Shown here in pieces: positions 51,477-64,000 of a stretch of 64,000 bases of DNA. The notes beneath the pieces are model-generated. The model saw only the letters and a program-made list of their open reading frames with translations, made no database searches and had not been told where the DNA came from. This DNA comes from Eledone cirrhosa. Lineage: Eukaryota. How positions within the stretch are numbered: position 1 is the stretch's first letter; the number at the start of each line of letters is the position of its first letter. A program made the translations under genes and the position numbers. The stretch lies in contig OZ024740.1 of NCBI GenBank assembly GCA_964016885.1, positions 141,856,001 through 141,920,000 of the forward strand. The letters run 5' to 3'.

Positions 51477-52400
51477 AAGCGTTTCTCATGTCTAAATTCA
51501 CCATGAGACGAGGTGACAAAGGAGGGCGTGTGCGCAATGAAGTGTCTGATCGTAAGGGCTGACGCCTCACATCCGCCTTTAACCTCTACTCCGAGCTAGA
51601 CAGGGCATAACTCCTCGCTTAAGCCTACCATGACTGATCTGCAGGCTATCTAGTTTGCAAGTCATCAAAAGATGTTGCCCACTGCATAAGTCGGATGTCT
51701 CTGTCATTGTTCAATGCAGTCAGATTGGCTGAGAAGCAAAGATCATGCGCATGTTAAGGAGGTCGGCTAGAAGACGATTTTGTTAGAGCAGTAATTGACC
51801 GAGGCAAACGTACTCCTATCTCAGTGGTGTATAGTGAGGTTAGATCATGTAGATGGCTGGGACGAAGGCCATCTACTCCGCCACAGCTGCTGAAGGATTT
51901 CTGGACAGCACCAACATCTTCACTGGAAGCGGTCAAGGAGATGTCACTGGCGGGGTCTTGAAAGTGCCTGATATTGACCGGGGTGACTGGATGTTTAAGG
52001 CAAAGCCAGTCAAGACATCTGGTATGGGCCTGAGAAGCCAGTGTAAGCAACGCATCAGAAACGACGCTTCAATCAGTTTACAATGAACTTGTCTATGGAG
52101 ATATTTCATGCAGTCGGACGACAGGAGAGAAAGGAGAGGGTAGTCAGAGCGGGTAGTAGAAAGAAGCGATGCTGAATTTGAGCCCCGAAGACAGAGAGGG
52201 GACCGAAACCTCCCAACCCACCAGGATCCCAAGTGCGAGTTTAGCAAAACTGAGTAGCTTGTTTAAATCTTGCGGATTGTTGGTATCAAGCGCCTGATCG
52301 ATGGACGACGTTACCGCTTCAGTCGCGAGAATGGGGGCAGCTTTGGGGAATAATAACCTGAGGTGGGAGATCACTATCAAGATCTCGTCCGGGCTGAGGG
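51421..52400 (-). mobile_element. Degraded CRE-clade-like non-LTR RT fragment
   Basis: Minus: SFSSCGGVDGLRPSHLHDL, FSANLTAL..DIR, LGVEVKGGCEA, DMRNAFNS; many stops; ends at the satellite edge. Confidence 0.65.
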
Positions 52401-52959
52401 GGTGTTAGATAACCAGTGTTTACCTGTGGCGTCGAGAGGGTTAAACAGCGCGGATACTGACACCAGTGCAGGGGTTTCGACGCACATCTAGTGAGTTTAA
52501 CGCGAGAAAGGTGGACAAATTGTAATATTTGGAATATTCCCTTCTCTTCTTCCGACTATTCGACGTGACACATGAGTGACACTGCTCGACACTTTGCTCA
52601 GTGGAAGCTGAGGAGCGAATACATGTGGAGGAGCCCTGGGCATTAGTATTTTCAAAGCAACATTATATTGCGCTATGTCCTGCAGCGATGAAACAACGAT
52701 TCTTCAAATAGTTTCCATCCTCCTAAAAATATGAGTCTTTAAATCCTATAAAACAGTATATCTGGTATTAAAAAAAGGCACTTCAAATATACTTTACTCT
52801 CTTTTCAAAGCATCAGTGGTAAGAAACTCTCAGGAGAGCTGGACAGCAGAAGGTCTTCAGAGAAGAAATCCCCTTGAAGCAAATGTTTCGTGAAATAACG
52901 TTTCTTTAAATTATTTGCATCCTCCTGGTAGCAAGGTTGTAAAGAAAACAATATTTCTG

Positions 52960-53721
52960 TCGCCTCTTGTGTAAGCGTTCATCCTTTGAATCTTAAGAGT
53001 GTTTTACAGATCTTGCGTTCTTTCTCCAAGAGTTCAAATTCAGTCATAATTTGGCCCGGGCAACTTTGTTTATATCCTCTAACTCCAATCAATAAAAGCT
53101 ATGAATCTGAACGTCTAATCTGGTTACTGGATCTGCAAACTCCCCATGAATGGTCCGTAGATATCTTCTTTTTCTTGCATTTTTCTTATTACATTGATAT
53201 TGAGTGGACAGCTGACTTCTACAACAAAGCATGTTTTCAATCTGTGATCTCAACACAGCAATATCAGATCGTTTGTTTTAATTTGGTAGTTTTTATTTTT
53301 AGGTTTCACCGATATTCTGTTGAGCCATCACTCAACATATTCGTCATTAATTGTTCTTCCGTAATGCATTTCAGAGTGCTCTGTCTATCATATTATGTCC
53401 CACGGGAAGGTAGTAACGAGAAGACATTTTTTCGCGGTTGACAACAATGTGACTAACATCTTTGGTCTTTATTTTGTACAACCTACATTTATTGTCAGCC
53501 ACTGGTTTTCCTTTTCCTTTGAATAGTTTGTACTTGGGGGAGATTTCTTGTTGCTGGATTGCATGTAGGTATCTTACAAGGTCGACTGATATAAACTTAC
53601 CGAGACCCCATGTCAGGCTTTAGTGTGGTTTATCCTCTCAATGGACTTCGTTTTTCGTGCCAAGTACCCATGTAAAATCTTCATGGTGAACTGGTCAGTT
53701 CTTTTTCTTTTAAATTAAATT
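52960..53721 (-). mobile_element. Old RLE family-C 3' fragment
   Basis: Minus: KILHGYL, YLHAIQQQEI, DNKCRL..DVSHIV, CFVVEVSCP..EKEDIYGP, KICKTLLRFKG*; 5' end abuts (TATG)n. Confidence 0.75.
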
Positions 53722-53734
53722 GTATGTATGTATG

Positions 53735-54205
53735 TTCTTCTGGTTTTATAATTTCACAAGGTTTTACAAATAGAGAGAGAGACGGTTTCTAACATAGACA
53801 CAAGACTCTCTCATTGGAATTTACACAACATCAACTAGATAGATATGTATGTATGCATGTGTACATATGGATGTTATTGTATGTGTGGATGTGGATGTTT
53901 TGAGTTGTATGTGTGCATGTGTATATGCTTTGTATCTGTACATGTGTATATGCAGTTATTAGATGCAACATTTTCGGAATGTTTTACATATTTTTACTGT
54001 TCCATTAATGGATTGTACTTGTAATTTCCTAACTAGTTGTGTTCTTTCTGTTCCTGTGAAGCCTAGCTTCTCAAGATTTGTATTGAGGCAGTTACTAACA
54101 TATCCCAGTGCCCCAATAATCACAGGCATAAATCTGAAGGTGTAATCAGGGTGGAGTATCTGCAGATTTTTCATCAGTTCTGCATAAATATTCTCCTTTT
54201 CACTA

Positions 54206-54206
<1 letters not shown>
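53735..54206 (-). mobile_element. RLE family-C 3' fragment flanked by (CATA)n
   Basis: LQILHPDYTFRFMPVIIGALG...GTVKICKTF + 3'UTR; TATG arrays at 53722-53734 and 54210-54280. Confidence 0.8.
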
Positions 54207-54238
<32 letters not shown>

Positions 54239-54282
54239 TGTATGTATGTATGTATGTATGTATGTATGTATGTATGTATGTG

Positions 54283-54431
54283 TCAGTAATTGTCACAAGT
54301 GTAGTGTTTATACCAGAGTTTTCAAGTAGCTGGCTGGACTAAAACGTCACACTCGTTCAGCGCATCGGTAGAGGTTCTCCTACATGGATATAAAGTAGTG
54401 GCCGTACTCGAAAACGAGTTGGCAGCCACCA
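54283..54431 (+). mobile_element. RTE 3' tip with terminal stem-loop and (TATG)n tail
   Basis: LAGLKRHTRSAHR*, then GGCCGTACTCGAAAACGAGTTGGCAGCCACC-(ATGT)n. Confidence 0.7.
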
Positions 54432-54534
54432 TGTATGTATGTATGTATGTATGTATGTATGTATGTATGTATGTATGTATGTATGTATGTATGCATGGAT
54501 GTATATATGCGTGTATGTATGTATGTATTTTTTG

Positions 54535-54992
54535 TGGAGTGAGGGCCTCCTAGTCTTTATTCAGACATCTCTGCATATGAGGGGAAAGTTGCCTTTGAGG
54601 CATCTCGAATTGCATACGAGAAAGTAAAAGAGGATGTAAGGAAGGGCATTGCTGTTGCATTTCCAGACAGCGAAGGTCCTCCTATGGCGCTGACATGCAG
54701 CGTCTGTGCAAGACTTTGCCTCAGCAAAGTTGGACTCGAAAGTCAACTTCGCAGTCATAAAGTGAGACCAGTGGTTGACTACCAGGCTGCTGTTGGAGAT
54801 GCTACTCATCATGCCTGCCAAGCATGTGGAAGAGAGTGTAGATCAGCACAAGGGATCAAACGACATGCAAAAGTACATGAACTCCAACCACAGCCGGCTA
54901 TTGCCAGTGGATGTTTTGGTTGCCGACTCTGTGCAAGACATTTTAGATCATTGGCTGGACTAAAAAGCCACATTCGATCGCAGCACCGTTAA
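54535..54992 (+). mobile_element. RTE C-terminal fragment with three C2H2-type fingers
   Basis: CSVCARLCLSKVGLESQLRSH, CQACGRECRSAQGIKRHAKVH, CRLCARHFRSLAGLKSHIRSQH*. Confidence 0.7.
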
Positions 54993-55173
54993 TTGTTACT
55001 ATATATGTGTGTATATGTATGTGTGTATATGTATGTGTGTGTATATGTATATATAGATATGTATGTGTGTGTGTATGTGTATGTATGTATGTGTGTGTAT
55101 ATATGTATATATATATATATATAATTTATTATTATTATTATCATCATCATTATTAGCATTATTATTATTATTA

Positions 55174-55756
55174 CAGTTGCACTTATCTTGCTCTATGTTC
55201 ATACGAGTTATCACCAAGTCACAACCAGTGACCTCAAGAGACAACAAGGTCCGCCATGTTCAAGAAAGAACATACATACTCACACATGCATCTTTAGTGT
55301 TTAGACTTGTGATGTACTTATATTGACAGAATCTTCCTTAGTATATGGGCAGTTCCCATTAATACTAACTTTTGTATTTCTCCTATACGCGGGTGTCCTG
55401 GGATTTGCGATAAGTAATCATTAGACCCCTTAGGTATCATTCCCAGAGCGCCTACAACCACTGGTATTGTTTTAGTTCTCAATTTCCACATTTTTCCAAT
55501 TTCTATCTCGAGGTCTTTATACTTGCTCAATTTTTCAAATGTTTCTATAGATGCATTCTTGTCTATTGAAACAGACATATCAATTAGCAGGCATACCCTC
55601 TTTTTAAAGTCCTTCAATATTATATCAGGTCTATTTGCATCTATTTTTCGGTCTGTTTGGATGCTAAAGTTCCACAAGATTGAGATGTGATATTTTTCAA
55701 GTATGGGAGGTGGTTGATGCTCCCACCAATTCTTTTGATGGGGCAGGTCAAAATGC
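55174..55756 (-). mobile_element. 3' fragment of RLE family B
   Basis: NRPDIILKD..IDMSVS..KYKDL..VVGALG..ILRKILSI*; homologous to ~11690-12274; (TTA)n flanks. Confidence 0.92.
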
Positions 55757-55772
55757 TTATTATTATTATTAT

Positions 55773-58544
55773 TCCTTGAATCTCAGTCATTGATGTTAGT
55801 TAACTGGAAAGTCCGTTGGAATGAATATCAATGCACTATATGGAATGAATATCAATGCACTACCTGCAGCCTCAGATATTCAGGACGTATCGGAGGGTTC
55901 TTGCTGTTCCCAGCAAGCATGCCTTTTGAAGCGTTCCAAAAAGCGTGAAGGGGCCGATTTTCTTTAACCATCCCTGGAAACTTTTGGAGATAGTCCCCAG
56001 TGCGCCTATGACAATCGGGATCACTTTGACTTCATGGCAGTTCCAAATCCTTTTTACCTCCCACTTTAAGTCCTGGTATCGGTTAATTTTATCCCTCTCC
56101 TTCTCTTGCACTCTCGTGTCGAATGGGCAGGCCACATCCACAATCAGACACGATCTTTTTTCTTTGTCCACAACCACCAGGTCAGGTCTATTGTGTTCCA
56201 GTTTCTTGTCCGTCTGTATCCTAAAATCCCACAGCACCTTCACCTGATCGTTCTCCATCACCGCCTCTGGCTTATGCTCATACCATTTCTCAGAATGTGG
56301 TAAATTGTTTACTTTGCACAGGTGCCAGTGGATCACCCTGCCCATCACATCATGTCTCCAGCCCTTATAGTGGGTCTGGGCTAGGTGTTTACACTCGGAT
56401 ACAATGTGAGCCACAGTCTCCTCTCTCTATCCACAGATCCTGCACAGTGGGCTAGCCTCCTCCTTGTAAATATGGTGTTTCAACCACTTCGTTTTGAGGG
56501 CCTGCTCCTGCGCAGCCATTAACATTCCTTCTGTAGCCTTTTTAAGGTCTCCTCTTCTCAACCACTTCCATGTCTGTGGATCTCTAAATTCAGGTTTCTC
56601 AAAGAAGGTACTATGAAGGGATTTTTCCTGAAGGCTGCTCGTTCTCCTTGATGTTATTTCCTCCTTGGACATCCCCTGGCCTATTGTCCCCTCCTTCAGT
56701 ACAGTTCTGAGCATTGGCTCCTTACTATCAGTCACGTATTTGTGTAGGTTGTTTTTCTCCATCTGAACACAGTCCTCTATGCTGATAAGACCTCTTCCAC
56801 CCTCAGATCTCCTTAGGTAGAGTCTATCGACATCACTCCTCTTGTGGAACATGTTGTAGATAGTCAATAGCTTCCTAGTCTTCCTATTCATTTCTTTTTG
56901 TTCAGCAACATTCCATCTCAGAATTCCCGCACTGTACCTAATAATAGACACTGCGCTTATGGCATTTCTGCTGTTCAGATGTGACTTCAATACGTTCCTT
57001 ATTCTCCGAATGTATTCAGTTCTTAATAATTCCTTCATTTTTTTGTTCTTGATGCCATCAGCCTCCAGAACGCCCAAATACTTGTATCCTTCCTCAGAGT
57101 TAATTTCCTTTATCATCTCACCTGTTGGTATCTGGATTCCGTTACTTCTGCTCAACCTACCCCTCCTCATCACAATGACTCCACACTTACTAATACCAAA
57201 CTGCATACATATATCACTGCTGAAAATACGGACAGTGTCAACAAGCACATCCAACTCCTTCTCACTCTTCCCGAAGAGCTTAAGATCGTCCATGAAGAGG
57301 AGGTGATTGATGGTAAGCCCTCCCTTTCCCAACCTGTATCCTGCTCTCACTTTTCGCAGTACACTGGTCAAGGACAAACAACAGAGGGGACAGGCTATCT
57401 CCCTGGAAGATACCTCTCTTGATCTTCACGCTTCCCAAGGATTCTCTAGTTGATGTCAACTCTGTTTCCCAGGACCTCATACTCTTGCCCAACAACTGTC
57501 TGATGTTATCTGCCACCTTGAAGATCTCCAGGCTTTTGGTGATCCAAGAATGAGGCACCATGTCAAATGCCTTTCTGTAGTCTATCCATCCCATGGCAAG
57601 ATCAGTGTGTCTCCTCCTGCAGTTCCCCATTACCATCTTATCAATAAGTAACTGGTCCTTTGTACCACGTGACTTCTTTCGGCATCCTTTCTGTTCGTCC
57701 GGTAACAAGTTGTTTGTGTGGAGGTGATGGTAGATTTCCTCAGACATAATGCTTGTCAACAGTTTCCACATTACGGACAGACATGTGATAGGTCTATAGT
57801 TGGTAACATCATTACCCTTGATTCGGTCTTTCATTATCAGAACTGTGGTACCTTTTGTCAACCACTCTGGTACCTCACCTGACATCAAACAGTGATTGAA
57901 CATGGTTGTCAGTTTCGGGTGGAGGGATGTTACATTTTTAATCCAATACCCCTGCACGCCATCTGGGCCTGGTGATTTCCAGTTGGTTAGTTTTTTGGCC
58001 TGCCCCTTGAGAGTTTCAACTGTGATACTCAAATCAGTTTGTTGGTGTGCCTGTTCACTAATCTCCTTTTGTACTGTCTCAATCCACACTGCCTGGTCAT
58101 TATGTTTAACATCCTTCACCCATATTCCTCTCCAGAATGTCTTAGTTTGTTCCGCCTCAAGGATCAAGTCGTTGCCTCTTTCTTTCCCTTCAAGCTGTCC
58201 AAACAACATCTTCTGGTTGTTGTCAAACATGCGGTTCTGTCTATACTGACTGACTCTGCTCTCGTATCGCCTAATTGTTGCACTCTTTGCTACAATGCGT
58301 TGCTTCAGTTCCTCTATGATAATATTTAGCCTTTTCCTCCTAGTTTTGTACATTATTTCCAGTCTATTTTTAGTGTCTATGTTTTTTAGTGTCCCATTCA
58401 GTAGGGACACAAGCTTTCCAATGTCATTTCTCATTTCCCTGATTTGACCATTCAGCCGTTTCTTCCACCAAGGTTCTGATCTTTCTTGTTTGTTGTTTCC
58501 TCTCGCTTTTATGCCAAGTAATTTCCTCACCGCATTTGCTGTTG

Positions 58545-58546
<2 letters not shown>
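55773..58546 (-). mobile_element. 5'-truncated RLE family-A LINE, disrupted ORF
   Basis: ORFs 57280-58530, 56427-57377 and 55872-56414 are homologous to 12404-15256; (TTA)n on both sides. Confidence 0.95.
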
Positions 58547-58588
<42 letters not shown>

Positions 58589-58926
58589 GATTATTATTAT
58601 TGAATGCTATGGTTGACGGAGGCTCGGCTCTGTAATGTATTGTAAATTTTGACCACTATAACAATTGTAAATTGTTTAAAACTTTAACCAACTTGTAGAC
58701 AAAAACACCCTCCTCCTCGTGAGAGGTCTTTCTGCCCGTTATTTGGCCGTTCGGGGTTAAATAACCGCTTATTGGGGTTTTGTGCCCAATATTTATTTTA
58801 AACAAAAAAAACAACATGGCTACGAAAAAGAATTTTCATAGGTCACTCCCACTCATTCCGTCTTCTTCTTCCTCAATCGTCACTACAGCAGAGAGAAGAT
58901 TGTCTCTCTCCCTCCCTTCTTAAAAT

Positions 58927-60896
58927 GTGTCTCTCTCCCTCCCTTCTCTTTCGCAAGCGACGACAGAAAAGAAAAATCTCGTGCAAAGCGTGCAAGATTT
59001 CTCCACGACGACGACGACAACGACGAAACAGGTGTGCGGGAAATACGAAAACCCATTTCATTCGTCTGACGTCAGGAATAATAGCAGTAGCAGCCGTAAT
59101 AACAACAGCAACAGTGACAATGAAAACAACAGTAGCAGCCGCAACAGCATCAGCAGCAGCATAAACAACAACAGCATTAGCAGCAGCAACAACAACAACA
59201 ACCACAGCAACAGCGGCGGCGGCAGTAGTCGTAGTACCTGCAGCAACAACAAAAGTAACAGCAGCTCTGACGACAACAACAACAACAGCAGCAAAGAAAA
59301 ACCAATCTCGTTTGCAGGTATCGCAAAGAACCTGGAAACCATCCTCATAACAAATGAGGAATTAGAGGAAGCGAAGAAGATGGTGACAAAAACTGGTGAC
59401 GAAACCCAACAGCACTGTACGGTCACGTACCGTACAGTAAGTACAAAATCCCGTAGGGTTGAAAGAGCCACAGAGGCTCAAATACAAATAGCTTTGGGGT
59501 CTGTGTGGCAGCGGAAAACGCACATCACCCGAGGCAAGAAATATGCCACCGTAGACGTACTTTTTGCCACACCCCAGGAGGCAAAGGCTCAATCCTTAGT
59601 GACCCTAAGGAGCGAGGAAATGATGTTGGTGCCTTCCTACTGCGGGCAAAAAATTGTGAGGGTCAAACTGACCCCCCCCCCCCCCCCCCCCCCGGGATGG
59701 CCCCTTCTTGGCTGGCCGCGTCTGTCCTCGTCGGAATCGAGGACAAAACAACTGTACTGCAAGTACAGAAAAAAGTAAGAGAAGATTGGGTCGGCACCTC
59801 CATTGAGATGTTAATCCAAACCAACCAGGAGTGCATCGAAGCTATCCCGGATGTGATAGACTTCGATAACGGCACTCAACTGCCCATATGTGTTGAGGGC
59901 AAACGCCCGAAATGCTTTCGCTGTGGATCGAAGACTCATCTCAGGGCCTTCTGCAACGAGAAGACCCTGAGAAAGGAGAAAACCCCCTTCCTTCCGAAAC
60001 CGGCTCCACGGCTACCAGCAACAGGATAAGCGGCAACCAGGAACGATAGGTCCGTGGCACCCATACCCACGCCACGGAAATCAAAAACAGCAGCAGCAGT
60101 GGAAGTATTAACAACAACAGCAATACCAAATGCAGCTGCAACAGAGACTCCAGTGCAAACATCACCAACAACAACAAGTGAAAGAGTGGAGCTGGTACCC
60201 CTCCCCGACTTCACAGAATCAGACATGGAGTTTGAGGTGGGAGAGGGATGGCAAAAGGTCGTAAGAAGGCACAAACGCAGAAGCAGCGCATCGTCGCCTT
60301 CGAAAAGGGAGGAAAAAATGAAAAAAAGGGTAAAGGCTACTGCAAAGAGACTCACAGCAGCAACACCACCAACACCATCACCACCCACACTAGCACCACC
60401 ATCACCCCCGGCGACAACCCCACCGCCAACAACAACAACACCTTCAACACCACCACCACAAGCACCAACATCGCAAACACAACAACAAAACACACACACC
60501 CAGCAACAACGACAAGAAAATAGCAGAACCACACCCCACCCCCAGAAAAACAAATGCACGGCAATAAATACACACAACAAGAAACTAATGACTTACATAA
60601 TTGAACACACAGACATTTCACAACACGACTACATAATACCAGCACCAATCAAAACGCCAACTAACATAAGACTGCTAAAAATAGCACAGAAACAATACAC
60701 AAACATTAAAACGAAATTCCCCAACGCAGTTGGTGATTTCAGAGACCTAGGAGGGACTCTCAATCGAAGAGTATATTCGGACATACTCATAGAAGAGCCG
60801 ACGACCAGCCGAAGGGACGATTCAACGGTCCCTTCACCAGACGATCAAGTGAAAAGGGATGGAAAAACCATCCCTCCTCTACGAAAGGTACGGTAA
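58927..60896 (+). pseudogene. Tx1-like ORF1 (gag-like, CCHC knuckle, N/S- and P/T-rich tracts), broken
   Basis: ORFs 58927-59778, 59505-60029 and 60054-60896. Confidence 0.8.
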
Positions 60897-60931
60897 GTGG
60901 TCTTTCCCATCTTTTCCACTCTATTTTAAAC

Positions 60932-63900
60932 ATGACCTCACTCAGAATAGGCAGCATAAATGCTCGTGGCTTGGGGTCGTCATGGAACAGGATCACCTGC
61001 TCAACGACCTCAGGTCATTAAACATAGATGTAGTGGCCATCAGCGAGACCAGAATCTCCGAAGCACGGGCCTTGGCACCGATCTTCGGCGGCTGCGATGT
61101 GTACGCATCTCCCAGCCGTCCTGGATCGGGGGAAGAGTTGCTGTGCTTTTTCGGAGAGGTTTGGATCTCGCCATACGGGCCATCTTCCTGGACCCAGAGG
61201 GTAAGTAGGTGGTGCTGGACGTGACCAACGGAGACGGGCAAGCTTTCAGGCTAGTGGCCGTCTATGCCCCGACAGGAGCAGGGCGGCCTGATTTCTTCTG
61301 GCGACTGGAGACCTTTCTTGGAACGTCCCGCTCTTTAGTGTTAGTGGGCGACTGGAACGGGATCTTAGATGCACCCTGGGACTGTGTGGGATTAGCGGAT
61401 AGGGGTGGAGGGTGCAAGAGCCTCACCAACCTGCTCAGGCGTTTTGAACTGTCTGACAGGTACCGATTGGATTTCCCGAATGTGCCAATGTGGACTTGGA
61501 CAAATCGCATAGGGTCATCCAGATCATATCTAGATAGAGTATTTTGTAGGGAAATATATAGGTCTAGCATAGGCTGTCCACAATTCAAGATAGTCAGCTA
61601 CACTGACCACAAATTCGTAATCTGTGTGCTTGACTTAGATAGGCTTCATAGACGAGGACCCGGCTACTGGAAGCTAAACGCCTCCTTACCAGCGCGCAAG
61701 GCATACAGAGACCGGATTAGCGAACTAGTTAAGCGAGCGTTGACGGGGGCCATCGTCAACAACAAGTGGTGGTTTGCTCTGAAAAGAGCGGTTAGAATAG
61801 AATCCATTAGGTTTAGTAAGGCTTTAGCAATAGAGAAAAATAGAGCAGAGGGAGAACTAGTTAGAAAATTAGACGAGGCGCTTAGCAAAGGCATCGCGAC
61901 CGACGTGCTTGCGGCGAAATTGGCCCTTGACCAATTCTTCAATGCAAAGCACGAAGGCTGCGTTGTCAGAGCTAGGGTGCGTGCTCTCAGACACGAGGAG
62001 ACGAAAGCCGTTCAATGGGCCCGAGTGGCGGAGGCGCGTCGTGGCAACAAAGCCACGATCCGGTCTTTGGTGGACCACGACGGGCGCATGCTACTCGATC
62101 CCGGGCAAATGTGTGACGCTTTTCAGCGACACTTCACTCAGCTGTGCGGGGGCAGCGGTGGGCCAGGTCGAGGGATGGACTTTAGTGTCTACCTCGACGG
62201 ACTGCCGCGGCTCTCGGCCACTGAGGCGGAGTGTTGCGAAAAGCCGATAACAGCCGCTGAAGTAAGGGAGGCAATGACTGGCTGCAGAAGGGGTAAATCG
62301 CCTGGTTTGGATGGTCTGCCCTATGAACTTTACGTACAGATGCCAGACTTGTTCGGAGGCCTCTTGGCGGACGTCTACTGCAACTGGCAACAGAAGGTGA
62401 GAATTCCCAGTTCTGTGAGCCGAGGAGCGGTGGCACTGCTGAGAAAGGATCCGAACAAGGGGGATAACATAGATAATTTCAGGCCCATAACTCTGCTAAA
62501 CACAGAGTTCAAGATTTTGGCCAAGGTGCTAGCAAAGAGGTTGGCCCTTGTCGTTGGTGGTCTGGTGGGAGAGGCGCAGACATGCGCCATTCCCGACAGA
62601 TCCATCCACGACAACCTCCACCTCATGCGATACATCGTAGAGAGGGTAGCTAGGGAACGTGGCACGGGTGGGTCCTTGATTAATTTAGATCAGTCGAAAG
62701 CTTTCGATAGGGTCGACCATCGTTACCTAGCGGCAGTCCTGAGGGCGGCTGGCTTTGGGCCCGTCTTCAGAGGCTAGATCGCTGCCATGCACAGCGACAT
62801 CTGCTCTGTGGTGAGAGTGAACGGTCACCTGTCGGAACCGTTCAACATCATGCGCTCGGTCCGCCAAGGATGTCCCCTCTCGTCCCTCTTGTACGTATTG
62901 ACTCTCGAGCCGTTACTGCACAAACAGGAGACGTTGAGGGGCATCCCGTGCGAACTAGGATGCAGAAGATCCGTGTCAGCATATGCGGACGATGTCACCG
63001 TAGTGGTGTCGAACGCCAAACACATCGAGGCGATCGGCACTACACTAAGAGAATACGAAGCGGTGACAGGAGCAATGATCAACCAGGAAAAGTCAGTGGG
63101 CCTGCAGCTCGGCACCTGGAGAGGCAGATCCATGCCGTCCAACAGCGTCGTCGGACGCTGGACGGACGTACCGGTTAAATTGCTAGGGGTCTGGTTCGGT
63201 CCGGACCTCCAGACGGACAAAAACTGGGACGAGGTGACGAGCAGGGTGGCTTCTCTCACCCAGGAATGGGAGGCTTTTTGTGGAAGGGACGCGCTCCGAT
63301 GGTCAGGCGGTCCATCTGTTGTCAACACCCGCTACGTGGAGGGCTGGGCATGCCGTGGCTGATGATGCGCAGGCACGCGCTCAGGCTACGACATCTCCAC
63401 CTCTTCCTCGACGGTGATCAGGTGTGATCGCCGTTTGCTAGACACGTATTTCCCCAGCTCGTTTCCTTGACGGAGCTGCAGTCCTGGGTCAAGCGAAGAC
63501 CGAGAGGGAGCGCCTGGAGACTGGAATGTCTTCAGGCGCTCACAGCCCTCGACCAATCGGGCAATGTGATCGGTGGAAACTCCACCTCGGCGTTCTATAG
63601 AGGATTAGTGGAGGGGAAGAGCGACGACGTACTTGGGGAAACTCTAGGCGTCGACGAAAATCAACTAGCCAATCTCTTCGGAAGAACTTTCGGGCCAGGG
63701 CCTATGGACAACTTCCAGAAATCTCTGGCCTGGCAGTGCTACCGAGGAGCCTTGCCAGTTCGGGATAAACTCTACAGGCATGGAGGTGCCGTCAGCCGGG
63801 CATGTCCGAGATGCCCGCAGGGCGACGAAACCGTCCTGCACGCACTCGTCCAGTGTCCGAAAATTGCTGACTTGTAGGTTTATGTCGAACACCTGCTGTC

Positions 63901-64000
63901 GCGTTTAGGACGGATCCGGCTATCATCTGAGTCCATCGTGAGGATTGCCCCGCCCTCCTCCTTTAGACGGGAAGGGCAGGCAGTTTTTATCTGTCTGGTG
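60932..64000 (+). pseudogene. Tx1-like ORF2 (APE-RT-Zn finger), with stops and frameshifts
   Basis: MTSLRIGSINARGL, ISETR, VGDWN, YTDHK, NFRPITLLN, RQGCPLS, AYADD, CPRCPQGDETVLHALVQC. Confidence 0.9.

Larger units (their letters stand above)
58602..64000 (+). mobile_element. Tx1-like LINE copy 2 (runs off the window)
   Basis: Same 5' end as copy 1 ((TTA)nTTGAATGC); ORF1 has CFRCGSKTHLRAFC knuckle; ORF2 starts ~60932. Confidence 0.93.

Noticed and set aside
4741-64000. Single inverted segmental duplication of the LINE cluster
   Set aside because: Element order (Tx1..B,A versus Tx1,A,B), 5' truncation points and internal deletions differ.

Overview
Repeat-saturated animal genomic DNA. The SINE remnants and dense (TA)n/(TAA)n/(CATA)n arrays look cephalopod (Octopus-like); this is my inference. 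No confidently identifiable intact host gene, and no rRNA, tRNA or CRISPR. Contents: (1) Five 'hairpin + tail' elements bracketed by (TA)n (304-950, 987-1268, and three in tandem at 26832-28800). Two carry complete type I hammerhead ribozyme motifs, one of them on both strands of a perfect 265-bp palindrome, and a third carries the 3' half. Four share a GAGYACTYT motif 21-26 nt into the tail. They most resemble Penelope-like-element pLTR remnants. (2) A ~21.6-kb array of ~720 30-bp units (29854-51420) whose commonest variants are synonymous in the (YTYLTPCQPL)n frame. That frame is entered from a unique-sequence ATG and an in-phase splice acceptor, with an E2F/CCAAT-like motif cluster upstream. 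(3) Two (TAA)n-anchored clusters (4.7-16.1 kb, 55.1-64 kb) of R4/Dong-like RLE LINEs and Tx1-like LINEs in strictly opposite polarity. (4) A (CATA)n niche with RTE 3' ends and a separate RLE family. (5) Degraded RTE, CRE-like and SINE remnants, plus weak candidate minus-strand host exons. Nearly all other ORFs in the track are microsatellite artefacts.
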